Shown piece after piece: positions 55,320 to 64,000 of a DNA stretch of 64,000 nucleotides. Both the position numbers and the translations under genes were made by a program. The notes beneath the pieces are model-generated. The model was not told the DNA's origin. It made no database searches and worked only from the letters and a program-made list of their open reading frames with translations. Source of the stretch: Athalassotoga sp. (GTDB taxonomy: Bacteria; Thermotogota; Thermotogae; Mesoaciditogales; Mesoaciditogaceae); the NCBI RefSeq assembly GCF_049965695.1, contig NZ_JBMFWB010000004.1, positions 13,649 through 77,648 of the forward strand. The letters are read 5' to 3'. Numbering within the stretch: the stretch's first letter is position 1; every line of letters begins with the position of its first letter.

Positions 55320-55957
55320 GTGTTAACCTTTACACCTCAAAATCCATAGAAGTACCTTTCAGCATAAGAATATCAGGCATAGGAGGGCAAGGCAACGTGT
55401 TGCTTGGCACCATCCTTTCAGATGCCCTTTCAAAAGAAGGCAAGTGGGTCATACAAACTCAATCGTACGGTGCTCAGGTCAGAGGTGGTCTGACGAATTG
55501 TGATGTGCTTTTCTTCAATGAACCAATAGATTTCCCTCAGGCAAGAACATTCGACATATTTTTTGCGATGCACGATATAGGACTTAAAGCGCATTTCAAA
55601 TATCTCAAAAATAACGGGATACTTTTCATCGATTCTTCAACATGTTCTGGAATACCTCCCTCAGTAAAGGTCATAACGAAGAAGATCGTATCCGTCCCTC
55701 TGACTCAAAAAGCCGAAGAACTTTTTGGAAGACAGGTTTTTTCAAACACGATGAGTCTTGGCCTTATAGCCGCTACTACGAGAATAGTGGATCACGAATC
55801 TTTAAAAAAGTCCGTAATCGAACATGTTCCGGGCAAGTACCTCGATCAAAATTTAAAAGCGCTTGACGAAGGATATAAAATGTCTGACAAAATCTTTGAA
55901 TTGAGAGAAGATCTTAAAATTCCATACTCAAAAGGTACAAACATAAATTTTGAATGA
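55316..55957 (+). CDS. korC: 2-oxoacid:ferredoxin oxidoreductase gamma subunit
   Basis: SGIGGQG, QTQSYGAQVRGG, N...LG. Confidence 0.9.
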   Translation: MSVNLYTSKSIEVPFSIRISGIGGQGNVLLGTILSDALSKEGKWVIQTQSYGAQVRGGLTNCDVLFFNEPIDFPQARTFDIFFAMHDIGLKAHFKYLKNNGILFIDSSTCSGIPPSVKVITKKIVSVPLTQKAEELFGRQVFSNTMSLGLIAATTRIVDHESLKKSVIEHVPGKYLDQNLKALDEGYKMSDKIFELREDLKIPYSKGTNINFE

Positions 55958-56427
55958 AAAGAAGAAGTTTACTTAGCAGTTTTAAATATGCCTTCAATGG
56001 CATGAGTCATGCGTTAAAAACCCAGCGCAACATGAAGATACATTTTGTAACGGCCGCAGCAGTGGTAGTCGTTTCTTTGCTTTTAAAACTCGAAGTAGAT
56101 GAATTTTTGTGGATTTTTCTTGCCATAACACTCGTCATTGTTTCGGAGACTTTTAACTCTTTTTTTGAGGAGTTCCTTGATTTCGTGAATCCGCAGTACC
56201 ATGAAGCGGTTAAACACATGAAAGACATGGCTGCCGGTAGCGTCCTGACGGCGTCTATATTTGCGATAACCGTGGCCATTATAATATTTGGTAAAAGATT
56301 TGGATTTGACCTTTCTGTTTACGCGAGTTCGGTCTTATTCGCTTACCTGTTTTTTGTTTTTATAATATCCATCTTCATCAAAGATGGGAAAAATAAAGAT
56401 AAAGATGACAGAACTAAAAAATTTTGA
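55954..56427 (+). CDS. dgkA: Diacylglycerol/undecaprenol kinase (DgkA family)
   Basis: SFKYAFNG, QRNMKIH, ETFNS..E..LD, KDMAAG.V. Confidence 0.88.
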   Translation: MKRRSLLSSFKYAFNGMSHALKTQRNMKIHFVTAAAVVVVSLLLKLEVDEFLWIFLAITLVIVSETFNSFFEEFLDFVNPQYHEAVKHMKDMAAGSVLTASIFAITVAIIIFGKRFGFDLSVYASSVLFAYLFFVFIISIFIKDGKNKDKDDRTKKF

Positions 56428-56446
56428 TTCAATTTATGTTTTTACC

Positions 56447-56707
56447 GTTCACTCATCACGCGTTGCTCGTCACTGTTTTGTTTTTGCCATAGGCTATTAG
56501 CCATATGCTATGTGCTTTTTTGTGCGTCGGCTCTCGCATTCGCCCTTCGGTGTCTGGTCCTCGCTGCGCAGCGTCGGCCACCTCACGGCATCATGCTCTC
56601 CGCCTCCGTCCGCCTTTTCAACGCGCCACCAGCTACCCGCCACGTGCTACCTGCCAAAACACCTGCCGGAGCGGTAATTCGGAATTTAAAGTTGGTTCAG
56701 CATATAT
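56447..56707. repeat. Intergenic repeat family copy F (longest composite copy)
   Basis: Contains blocks identical to copies D (56 bp) and E (33 bp), heptamer run GCCATAG/GCTATTA/GCCATAT/GCTATGT, and TIR-like end GGAGCGGTAATTCGGAATTTAAAGTTGGTTCAGCATATA. Confidence 0.85.
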
Positions 56708-56735
56708 TGACAGGTTTATTTTTTTATGATAAACT
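56707..56735 (+). promoter_or_regulatory. Sigma-70 promoter of the trp leader and trpB2
   Basis: TTGACA-17 nt-TAAACT with TG extended -10. Confidence 0.75.
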
Positions 56736-56752
56736 ATTTTTAAGGTGATAAA

Positions 56753-56815
56753 ATGTGTAACTTAAGAATTTCGAACCTTAAAATTCAGAACAATTGGTGG
56801 TGGCACAACCCCTGA
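56753..56815 (+). CDS. trpL: Tryptophan leader peptide MCNLRISNLKIQNNWWWHNP
   Basis: AAGGTGA RBS; three tandem TGG codons (56795-56803); directly upstream of the attenuator and trpB2. Confidence 0.88.
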   Translation: MCNLRISNLKIQNNWWWHNP

Positions 56816-56894
56816 TGCTGAGCGGGTAGTGTGCCTTTTGCCATAAATTTTTCAGCGTCGGGGATCTTTAAAAAAGATCCCCGATTTTCATTTT
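56802..56894 (+). promoter_or_regulatory. Trp transcription attenuator (pause hairpin, antiterminator, terminator)
   Basis: GGCACAACCC pairs with GGGTAGTGTGCC; CCCTGATGCTGA (56810-21) pairs with TCAGCGTCGGGG (56852-63); terminator TCGGGGATCTTT/AAAGATCCCCGA + TTTTCATTTT. Confidence 0.85.
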
Positions 56895-56910
56895 GAAGGG
56901 AGGAATTTGT

Positions 56911-58197
56911 ATGGAAAGATTCATAAATTTAAGGGGAGAAGATATACCGAAGTACTGGTACAACGTCAAAGCGGATCTGCCATTTGAAATGGATCCGCCA
57001 CTCGATCCTCAAACGATGAAACCTATGGATCCGTCAAAGTTGGAAGTGCTTTTTCCAAAAGCACTTGTCATTCAGGAAGGGACGAAAGAAAAAGAGATTC
57101 AAATACCGCAAAAGGTCCGAGAAGCCTATGCACTTTACAGACCCACACCGCTTGTAAGGGCTTTTGGGTTTGAGAAAGCGTTGAAGACACCTGCACACAT
57201 TTATTACAAAAACGAGAGCGTTAGCCCTACGGGCAGTCACAAACTTAACACTGCACTTGCACAGGCATATTACAACCTTGAAGAGGGAACCAACAAGATC
57301 TCGACAGAAACGGGGGCAGGGCAATGGGGAAGCGCACTTGCCTTTGCGGGATCGTATTTCAACCTTGACGTGAACGTTTTTATGGTTAAGATCAGTTTCG
57401 AACAAAAGCCGGCGCGAAAGTACATGGTAAACCTTTTTAACGGTAAAATCCATCCGAGTCCGAGTGATTTCACCAATTACGGTAAGCAAATACTTGAAAG
57501 CAGTCCGAATTCAACGGGATCGCTTGGAATGGCAATAAGCGAGGCTATCGAATATGCCCTATCAAAAGGAAAGACACATTATTCCCTTGGCAGTGTGCTC
57601 GATCATGTGTTACTTCATCAGACGGTGATAGGTCAGGAAACAAAAAAGCAAATGGAACTTGCCGGAGAGGAGCCAGATGTGCTCATAGGTTGTTTTGGAG
57701 GAGGATCAAACTTTGGAGGTTTTACGCTCCCATTTATACCTTTGAAGATGAAAAAAGATGCACTTGAAATAGTGGCATGCGAACCTACAGAATGTCCATC
57801 TTTCACAAAAGGAGAGTACAAATACGATTACGGAGATACAGCCCATCTTACTCCCATGTTGAAGATGTACACGCTTGGATCCGAATTCATTCCGCCTCCG
57901 ATTTACGCCGGTGGCTTACGCTACCATGGTGCTTCTCCGATAATAAGCCGCCTCGTTAAAGAAGGGTACATGAAGGCCATTGCAATTTCTCAGGAAGAGG
58001 CATTTGACTCGGCAAGACTCTTTTCCGTAAGCGAGGGCATAATTCCCGCTCCCGAAACAAGCCATGCCATAGCCGGGGTTGCAAGGTACGCAAAAGCGTG
58101 CGCCGAAAGCGGGGAGAAAAAAGTCATCGTATTCAATTTCAGCGGTCACGGATTGCTCGATTTGAATTCTTACGTAAAAAATATCAACCAAAATTAA
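56911..58197 (+). CDS. trpB2: Tryptophan synthase beta chain, TrpB2 type
   Basis: IPKYWYN, RPTPLVRA, SPTGSHKLNTA (PLP Lys), TETGAGQWG, GGLRYHG, PAPETSHA, SGHGLLD; GGGAGG RBS before ATG 56911. Confidence 0.95.
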   Translation: MERFINLRGEDIPKYWYNVKADLPFEMDPPLDPQTMKPMDPSKLEVLFPKALVIQEGTKEKEIQIPQKVREAYALYRPTPLVRAFGFEKALKTPAHIYYKNESVSPTGSHKLNTALAQAYYNLEEGTNKISTETGAGQWGSALAFAGSYFNLDVNVFMVKISFEQKPARKYMVNLFNGKIHPSPSDFTNYGKQILESSPNSTGSLGMAISEAIEYALSKGKTHYSLGSVLDHVLLHQTVIGQETKKQMELAGEEPDVLIGCFGGGSNFGGFTLPFIPLKMKKDALEIVACEPTECPSFTKGEYKYDYGDTAHLTPMLKMYTLGSEFIPPPIYAGGLRYHGASPIISRLVKEGYMKAIAISQEEAFDSARLFSVSEGIIPAPETSHAIAGVARYAKACAESGEKKVIVFNFSGHGLLDLNSYVKNINQN

Positions 58198-58300
58198 GAT
58201 TTCAAATTTCGAATCGCTACAATGGCAGGGTGGCCCCATCAATATATGGTCTTCGCTGCTTGCGGAGGCCATTTCGAGGGCATCCTGCCTTCCGCTGAGA
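58192..58300. repeat. Intergenic repeat family copy G (between convergent genes)
   Basis: TTTCAAATTTCGAATCGCT is the inverted TIR-like end; TGGTCTTCGCTGC resembles copies D/F; GCGGAGGCCATTTCGAGGGCATCCTGCCTTCCGCT resembles the reverse complement of copies A/C. Confidence 0.75.
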
Positions 58301-58310
58301 TGTGCCATTT

Positions 58311-59222
58311 TCAAATTATGAATTGAGAAAGATGCCTGTAACCAAGTATAAGACCTTTTTTAACCTTCTCGATGCTACCTTCCCAGACTGGATCTTCGTG
58401 TTCGATACTGACAACGCCGTTGTAGCCGTTTTCCTGAAGTGCCGAGATGAAAGATTTCCAATCTATTTCACCAAGGCCTGGAATTCTATATCTCCACCAA
58501 TTTTTGCCGTTTTTGAAGAGCGGTCCGAAAATTCCATGCTCGTAAAGTCCGTCCTGAAGAATCTGCGTGTCTTTTGCGTGAGTGTGGACTATTTTATCTG
58601 CAAATTCATTCACAACATCGACGTAATCTATGTCAAGCCAGTACAGATGGGAAGGATCAAGGTTGATCTTTAAATCCGGTAAAATTTCGAATATTGCCCT
58701 CCACAGTTCGGGAGAATAAAAAAGTTCCCCGGGTATTCCAGATTTTTGCCATCCAACCATCGGACAATTTTCTATCATTATTTGGACATTTTTGCGTTTT
58801 GCGTACTCTAAAACGGGCGGAAAGACTTTTTCTATTTCTTTCATGTTGCCGACGATATCTTTTTCAATATCCCTGCCTATGAAAGTGCCAACGTATTTCA
58901 CACCGAGTAAATTTGCCGCATCAATAACCTTTTTAAGATGATCTATGTGTGCAGATCTGATATTTTGATCGGTATCAAGGTTGTTATCATAGTAAGCAAG
59001 TGATGAAATTTCAAGTCCGTATTTTTTGAAAAGCGCTTTAAACTCATTTGCCCTTTTTTCGTCCAATGTTTTGACATCAAGAGTTGAAGACGAGTAATCT
59101 CTCCTGTTATCAACTGGCCATGCACCGATTTCAAGCGTTTGAAAACCAATTTCAGAAGCCCACTTTGCAATTTCATCAAGGCCAAGATTTCCAAGTGGTA
59201 CGGTTAAAAATCCAAGTTTCAT
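58311..59222 (-). CDS. Sugar phosphate isomerase/epimerase (xylose-isomerase-like TIM barrel)
   Basis: IENCPM, NLDPSHL, HTHAKD, PGLGEIDW, SIEHED. Confidence 0.88.
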   Translation of the reverse strand: MKLGFLTVPLGNLGLDEIAKWASEIGFQTLEIGAWPVDNRRDYSSSTLDVKTLDEKRANEFKALFKKYGLEISSLAYYDNNLDTDQNIRSAHIDHLKKVIDAANLLGVKYVGTFIGRDIEKDIVGNMKEIEKVFPPVLEYAKRKNVQIMIENCPMVGWQKSGIPGELFYSPELWRAIFEILPDLKINLDPSHLYWLDIDYVDVVNEFADKIVHTHAKDTQILQDGLYEHGIFGPLFKNGKNWWRYRIPGLGEIDWKSFISALQENGYNGVVSIEHEDPVWEGSIEKVKKGLILGYRHLSQFII

Positions 59223-59236
59223 CCATTCTCACTCCT

Positions 59237-59977
59237 TCATATGTCGATTTTTTTCAGGTTATCAAGACTTATCTTTATACTTTCAAAGGGGTCTTTTTTA
59301 CATTTATCCTGTTCGACTATTAGCCATTTAGTTCCCACAAATTTTGCCGTTGAAACGATCCCTCTTATGTCCATTATCCCTGTTCCGACTTCCGCAAAAT
59401 CCTTTCCAACCCTTTCCATGTCTTTCAAGTGAAGTAAAGATGCTCTTTTGCCGAATTTTCTTATGTACGAAATCGGATCCGCTCCTGCATATTCAACCCA
59501 GTAGGTGTCTATTTCAAAATCCACGAGATCGGGATCCGTGTTTTCAAAAAGTAAATCAAGGCCATAATTACCTTGAAATCTTTCAAATTCATGGGCGTGG
59601 TTGTGGTAACAAAGTTTTAATCCGTTGTCATGGCATTTTTGACCTATCTCGTTGAGTACTTTCGCGAATGATAAAAAATCGTCCTTTGTGGCGTATTTTT
59701 GCCACGGACAAACTATGAAATGATTTCCTATCTGAGAATTGTAATCTATGACTTTTTTTAAATCCGTTGTCAGCACATCCACGCCAACATGGCTTCCGGC
59801 TGGCTTAAGGTTCAGTTCATCGAGTAAATTTTTGAGATCTTTTGCTTCCATCCCACCGTATCCGGCAAATTCTACACCGGTATAGCCTATTTGAGAAACC
59901 CTTTTCAAAGTTCCGCTGAAATCTTTCTCAGCGACATCTCTCAAAGTGTAAAGTTGAAGCGCCATTGGAATCATCAA
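59237..59977 (-). CDS. Sugar phosphate isomerase/epimerase (IolE/IolI-like TIM barrel)
   Basis: LQLYTLR, YHNHAHEF, EIDTYW, HLKD, VEQD. Confidence 0.88.
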   Translation of the reverse strand: MMIPMALQLYTLRDVAEKDFSGTLKRVSQIGYTGVEFAGYGGMEAKDLKNLLDELNLKPAGSHVGVDVLTTDLKKVIDYNSQIGNHFIVCPWQKYATKDDFLSFAKVLNEIGQKCHDNGLKLCYHNHAHEFERFQGNYGLDLLFENTDPDLVDFEIDTYWVEYAGADPISYIRKFGKRASLLHLKDMERVGKDFAEVGTGIMDIRGIVSTAKFVGTKWLIVEQDKCKKDPFESIKISLDNLKKIDI

Positions 59978-59985
59978 GACACCTC

Positions 59986-61065
59986 CTAAAAATTGAATTG
60001 TTTTCCCGTTTTAGCCGATTCGTATATACCCTCAAGGATCCGTGTAACGGTAAAGGCCTCTTGGGGTTTTACGAGCGGATCTTTGTCGTTCGCGATAGCG
60101 TCTATCCATTGTCTCGCTTCAACGTCCTGTGGTTCTAACTTTTCTCCGGAATAAAAATCAACCCCTTTAAGGTTAACTTCAACGTTCTTGACAAACAGCC
60201 TTCCAAATTCTTCTCCGTTTATTCTTAAACCATCTTGCATGTCAGCACCGCCTTCGGTGCCACAAAGTACAGTCTGAGCCTCTCCGACATCTAATGAATT
60301 TAAAGCCCAACTTGATTCTAGCATGATCGTTGATCCATCTTTCATGACTATAAAACCGAATGCCGAATCTTCTACCGTGAATTTTGCGGGATCCCATGGT
60401 CCCCAGGCATTTGCGGCGTTCTTTTTATTTGACAACTCGTGATAGGTAGTTCCAACGACGCTTTTGGGTTCATAGTTGTTCATCATCCAAAGTGTCAGAT
60501 CCAACGCGTGAGTCCCGATATCTATCAAAGGACCGCCACCTTGTTCGTCTTCGTTGAGAAAGACGCCCCACGTCGGAACGGCTCTTCTTCTTATGGCGTG
60601 AGCTTTAGCGTAATATATTTTTCCCAGATCTCCTCTTCTGCATATCTCTTTGAGATGAAGGGAATCGGTTCTAAAGCGATTTTGATATCCTATGGTTAAT
60701 TTCATGCCCGTCCTTTTTGCGGTCTCGACCATTTTTTCAGCACCCTTTGAATCTTTTGCCATTGGCTTTTCACACATCACGTGTTTTCCAGATTCCATTG
60801 CAGCAACGGAGATTTCAGAATGAGATTTGTTTGGAGTGCACACATGAATTACGTCTATAGTTTTATCCTCCAGTAATTTTCTGTAATCTTTGTATACTTT
60901 GGCATCTGTTGATCCGTATTCTTTGGCAGCCTTTGCAGCCCTTTCTTCGATGAGATCGCAAAATCCTACGATTTCGACATTTGCGATCTTGGAAAGTGCT
61001 GGTAAATGCTTTGCATTTGCAATTCCTCCACAACCTATTATTCCAACTCTAACTTTGTCTTTCAA
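59986..61065 (-). CDS. Gfo/Idh/MocA family NAD-dependent oxidoreductase
   Basis: GIIGCGGIA, TPN..H, CEKPMA, GGGPLIDIGTHALD. Confidence 0.92.
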   Translation of the reverse strand: MKDKVRVGIIGCGGIANAKHLPALSKIANVEIVGFCDLIEERAAKAAKEYGSTDAKVYKDYRKLLEDKTIDVIHVCTPNKSHSEISVAAMESGKHVMCEKPMAKDSKGAEKMVETAKRTGMKLTIGYQNRFRTDSLHLKEICRRGDLGKIYYAKAHAIRRRAVPTWGVFLNEDEQGGGPLIDIGTHALDLTLWMMNNYEPKSVVGTTYHELSNKKNAANAWGPWDPAKFTVEDSAFGFIVMKDGSTIMLESSWALNSLDVGEAQTVLCGTEGGADMQDGLRINGEEFGRLFVKNVEVNLKGVDFYSGEKLEPQDVEARQWIDAIANDKDPLVKPQEAFTVTRILEGIYESAKTGKQFNF

Positions 61066-61178
61066 TTTAATCCCTCCTTGGACTTTATCTTTTGTATTAT
61101 ATACTTTTTTGAAAAAAAGTGCGATTCATAACAATAAATGATATAATTGTTAAAAAGCATTCTTCGGAGGATAATGTT

Positions 61179-64000
61179 GTGACAGTCCCTTTCTTTGTTC
61201 TTTCTGTAATTGCTATCGGCATAATAGTTGTAACCCTGCTTTTTGCTTTGAAATGGCGTATTCTTGCAAAAATGGGAATTAGAAATGCCACAAGACGAAA
61301 GATGACCATGTTCTTGATAATCGCCGGTTCTTTAACCGGAACTGCTTTTATAGTCGGATCTTTCGTTATAAACGATTCTTTTCAATATTTCATGTATGCC
61401 GGCATAAGAAAAAATCTTGGTACCATAGACGAAGTCTTAACGCCCAACAAAAATGCGTATTTTTCTCAAGACGATCTTTCAAAATTGATCAATTCATCTT
61501 CAAACTCGAAATACGTTGAATCTGTTTTGCCAATAATGATAAAAAGTACCGTTGCTGCGCCCGTTGGACAGATAAAATCTCTTGATCCCAGTAAAATAGC
61601 ACAGGTTAGTTTCATAGGAGTCAACGTCGATCAACTTAAAAAATTCGGCAGCGGAAAACTCTTTCCTGATGTCACGTTATCCGGAAACGATGTCGTTGTG
61701 GGCGAATCTTTTGCCGATTCTCTTAAATTGCACGTCGGTGATACTTTTGAGGCTATAATCAATCCTTTTCAAATCATCTTAGGTGCCCCGCAAAAGTTTA
61801 AAATAGTAGGTATTGTGCCTGAAGATGGGGTGCTCGGGTACAAAGATATTCAGGGAATAACTTCTCCGATTTTCATGACAACAGAGCAGATGAAAAACAT
61901 TTTCAACTTTGACAGTTACAACGAAATTCTCATCGCCAACAAAGGTGATTACATAAGCAGCGCTCAATACACGAACGAAGTGGATCAAATCGTCAAGGAC
62001 GCAGGTGTATCGGTCAAAATTTACAATGTAAAGGATGATCAGATCAAGAACATAAATCAAGGTCAAATCGGATGGCTGTTCTTGATTTTAAGCGGTTTCT
62101 CTATCGCGGCAGGTATTTTGTTGCTTATAAACGTTTATACCATGCTTTCAGATGAAAGAATCAGCGATCTTGGAACTTTGAGGGCAATTGGTTTTTCAAG
62201 GGGAAAGGTTGGATTCATACTTTACTTTGAAGGCTTTGTTTATTCATTGATCGCGTCGTTTTTAGGGGTCTTTGTCGGACTCGGAATAGCGTGGTTTATG
62301 ATAAATGAATTTTCAAATCTCGCAAGCAACGTCAGCAGTGAATTTACCCCTCTTATGAATACCGGAAACTTTTCTTTTTCACTGCATTTCAGCATATTCT
62401 CACTTATCTATGGCTTTCTCGTCGGTCTGATAGTGCCATCCGTTGTTTTAATTTACATGGCTTTCAGGACTGGCCGTCTTAACATAGTCAGAGCCATAAG
62501 GCAGATCCCTCCAGAGCAAAATGAAAAAAGACGTCAGCAATTTTTGATCATCTTTATACTTTTTGCTTTAGCGGTGATTTTTTCGATTTTTGCAATTTTT
62601 TCATCCAATGCCATAATGACTTACAGTGGGATAATGATTTCCGCGTTGATCTTCCCTTTGTTTTTCAGCAAAAAGAGATTAAGGCGCATCGTCGGGAACT
62701 TCTTCTCTCTGGGTGTTGTCGTTTTTGCTTTTGCTTCTAATCTCATACCTTACATCGAGTCTCAAAGTGACAAATCACTCTGGTTGCTTGGTCTTAGAAG
62801 TTTTTCGATATTACTTGCAGCGTTGTTCTTGCTTTCTTACAACTTTGAAATTTTCGACAGTTTTCTCGGTTTGTTTTCTACCAGAAAAAGCCGTGCTTCG
62901 GTAAAACTTGCCGTTGCGGAGACAGCCCAGCATAAAAGAAGAACCGGCCTTACGATAGCGATGTATTCGATAGTCATCTTCGTGATATCGCTTATGACTG
63001 TCATACCTTATTCGGAGACTCTTCAGATAAATTCGGCTAAATCTACGATCTTCGGTGGATACGATACTGTTGGAATACCCATAATTGGAAATTTAAACGT
63101 GGCCACTTCTCAACTGTCAAATCTTGACTACATAACTTATTACGCCACGATGTCCATGATTTCTGTGAAATATCTTTCAAATGGAAAAGTGTCAAGCGAT
63201 TACCAGATGGTGCTTTTGAACAAACAACTTGTGGGTGGCCTTGACTTGCAGGTTAAAAGCGCTATCAACGGCATAAAAGATCTTAAATCGCTCTTCGATT
63301 ACATCGACGCACATCCCGGAACAGTTGCAGTGCTTGGTTTGAATGATTTGAAGGTAAACCAAAATGTCCAAATATCAAACGAAGGAGCCTCCAATTTCAA
63401 CTTTTCACAATCATCTCAAAATGTGACATCTTCTTCCACCGCGCTTAAAAATCCAAAGACATTTACCGTCGTCGGAATACTTCAAAGCCAGGGCAATTAT
63501 AACGCAATTCCGGCGGGTTTTTACACGTCTGTAAAGACATCTTCCGTCTTCGGTAAACTTTCGCCAACCGAATTTTTGCTTACAAAATTGGCGGGCAACA
63601 ACGATGCTCAACAATACGATAATTTTCAAAAATTAACGGCTTTTCTTAAAACAAGGTTCATCTTTGCCTTGTTTTCAAAGCAAACGGTTGAGATATTCAC
63701 GAATATCCTAAATGGATTTGTGAACATAATAAACACTTTTCTATATTTCGGTCTTTCGGTCGGCATAATAGGTCTTGCCATACTTATAATCAAATCTTTG
63801 CACGAAAGAAGAAGAACCGTTGGAATTTTAAAAGCCTTGGGTTTCAGTCGCGGCATGATCTTCAGAAGTTTTTTCCTTGAGATAAATTTCGTGGTCATTC
63901 TCGGCATATTGATAGGATTTATCTCGGGAATAATCACGTCGTATTTGATATATTCAACTTTGAATCTCGGTACGCTTTACATACCATGGCAACAATTTTT
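61179..64000 (+). CDS. ABC transporter permease, FtsX/MacB-like with two permease domains (runs off window)
   Basis: Not in ORF track; read manually from GTG 61179 after a GGAGG RBS: MGIRNATRRK...GSLTGTAFIVGS..., ERISDLGTLRAIGFSR, and near the end ERRRTVGILKALGFSR. Confidence 0.85.
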   Translation, partial: MTVPFFVLSVIAIGIIVVTLLFALKWRILAKMGIRNATRRKMTMFLIIAGSLTGTAFIVGSFVINDSFQYFMYAGIRKNLGTIDEVLTPNKNAYFSQDDLSKLINSSSNSKYVESVLPIMIKSTVAAPVGQIKSLDPSKIAQVSFIGVNVDQLKKFGSGKLFPDVTLSGNDVVVGESFADSLKLHVGDTFEAIINPFQIILGAPQKFKIVGIVPEDGVLGYKDIQGITSPIFMTTEQMKNIFNFDSYNEILIANKGDYISSAQYTNEVDQIVKDAGVSVKIYNVKDDQIKNINQGQIGWLFLILSGFSIAAGILLLINVYTMLSDERISDLGTLRAIGFSRGKVGFILYFEGFVYSLIASFLGVFVGLGIAWFMINEFSNLASNVSSEFTPLMNTGNFSFSLHFSIFSLIYGFLVGLIVPSVVLIYMAFRTGRLNIVRAIRQIPPEQNEKRRQQFLIIFILFALAVIFSIFAIFSSNAIMTYSGIMISALIFPLFFSKKRLRRIVGNFFSLGVVVFAFASNLIPYIESQSDKSLWLLGLRSFSILLAALFLLSYNFEIFDSFLGLFSTRKSRASVKLAVAETAQHKRRTGLTIAMYSIVIFVISLMTVIPYSETLQINSAKSTIFGGYDTVGIPIIGNLNVATSQLSNLDYITYYATMSMISVKYLSNGKVSSDYQMVLLNKQLVGGLDLQVKSAINGIKDLKSLFDYIDAHPGTVAVLGLNDLKVNQNVQISNEGASNFNFSQSSQNVTSSSTALKNPKTFTVVGILQSQGNYNAIPAGFYTSVKTSSVFGKLSPTEFLLTKLAGNNDAQQYDNFQKLTAFLKTRFIFALFSKQTVEIFTNILNGFVNIINTFLYFGLSVGIIGLAILIIKSLHERRRTVGILKALGFSRGMIFRSFFLEINFVVILGILIGFISGIITSYLIYSTLNLGTLYIPWQQF

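Overview
64 kb of a gene-dense, AT-rich (roughly 38-40% GC by eye) bacterial chromosome. Thermotogota is the most likely source, but this is inferred from protein style (DnaK without the proteobacterial 23-aa insert, dnaK-sHSP pairing, expanded family-5 peptide-binding proteins, stand-alone TrpB2). Most of the window is housekeeping and metabolism: pepV, hfq, panD, split korA / korB-korC, phoH-HD-ybeY, ispA, plsC, zapB-zapA-rapZ-yvcK-whiA, galT, glgA, a TPP riboswitch with a thiamine ABC transporter, dnaK-hsp20-clp, csp, sbcDC, gntK, tsaE-lon-engB, trpB2 and sugar oxidoreductase/TIM-barrel genes. A peptide/amino-acid uptake island spans about 12-25.7 kb. I saw no rRNA, tRNA, CRISPR array or intact transposase. 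The main signals outside ordinary annotation are: (1) three leader-peptide attenuators, one a clear WWW leader before trpB2 and two with the same architecture before oligopeptide ABC genes; (2) an in-frame three-part sirtuin / HigB-RelE toxin / HigA-HTH chimera; (3) a dispersed modular intergenic repeat family at seven loci, combining a TATAC...GTATA-ended MITE-like unit with 7-nt periodic arrays in shuffled order; (4) several internal-deletion scars; (5) a secreted two-HKD phospholipase-D-family protein with OB-fold-like repeats directly behind sbcDC.
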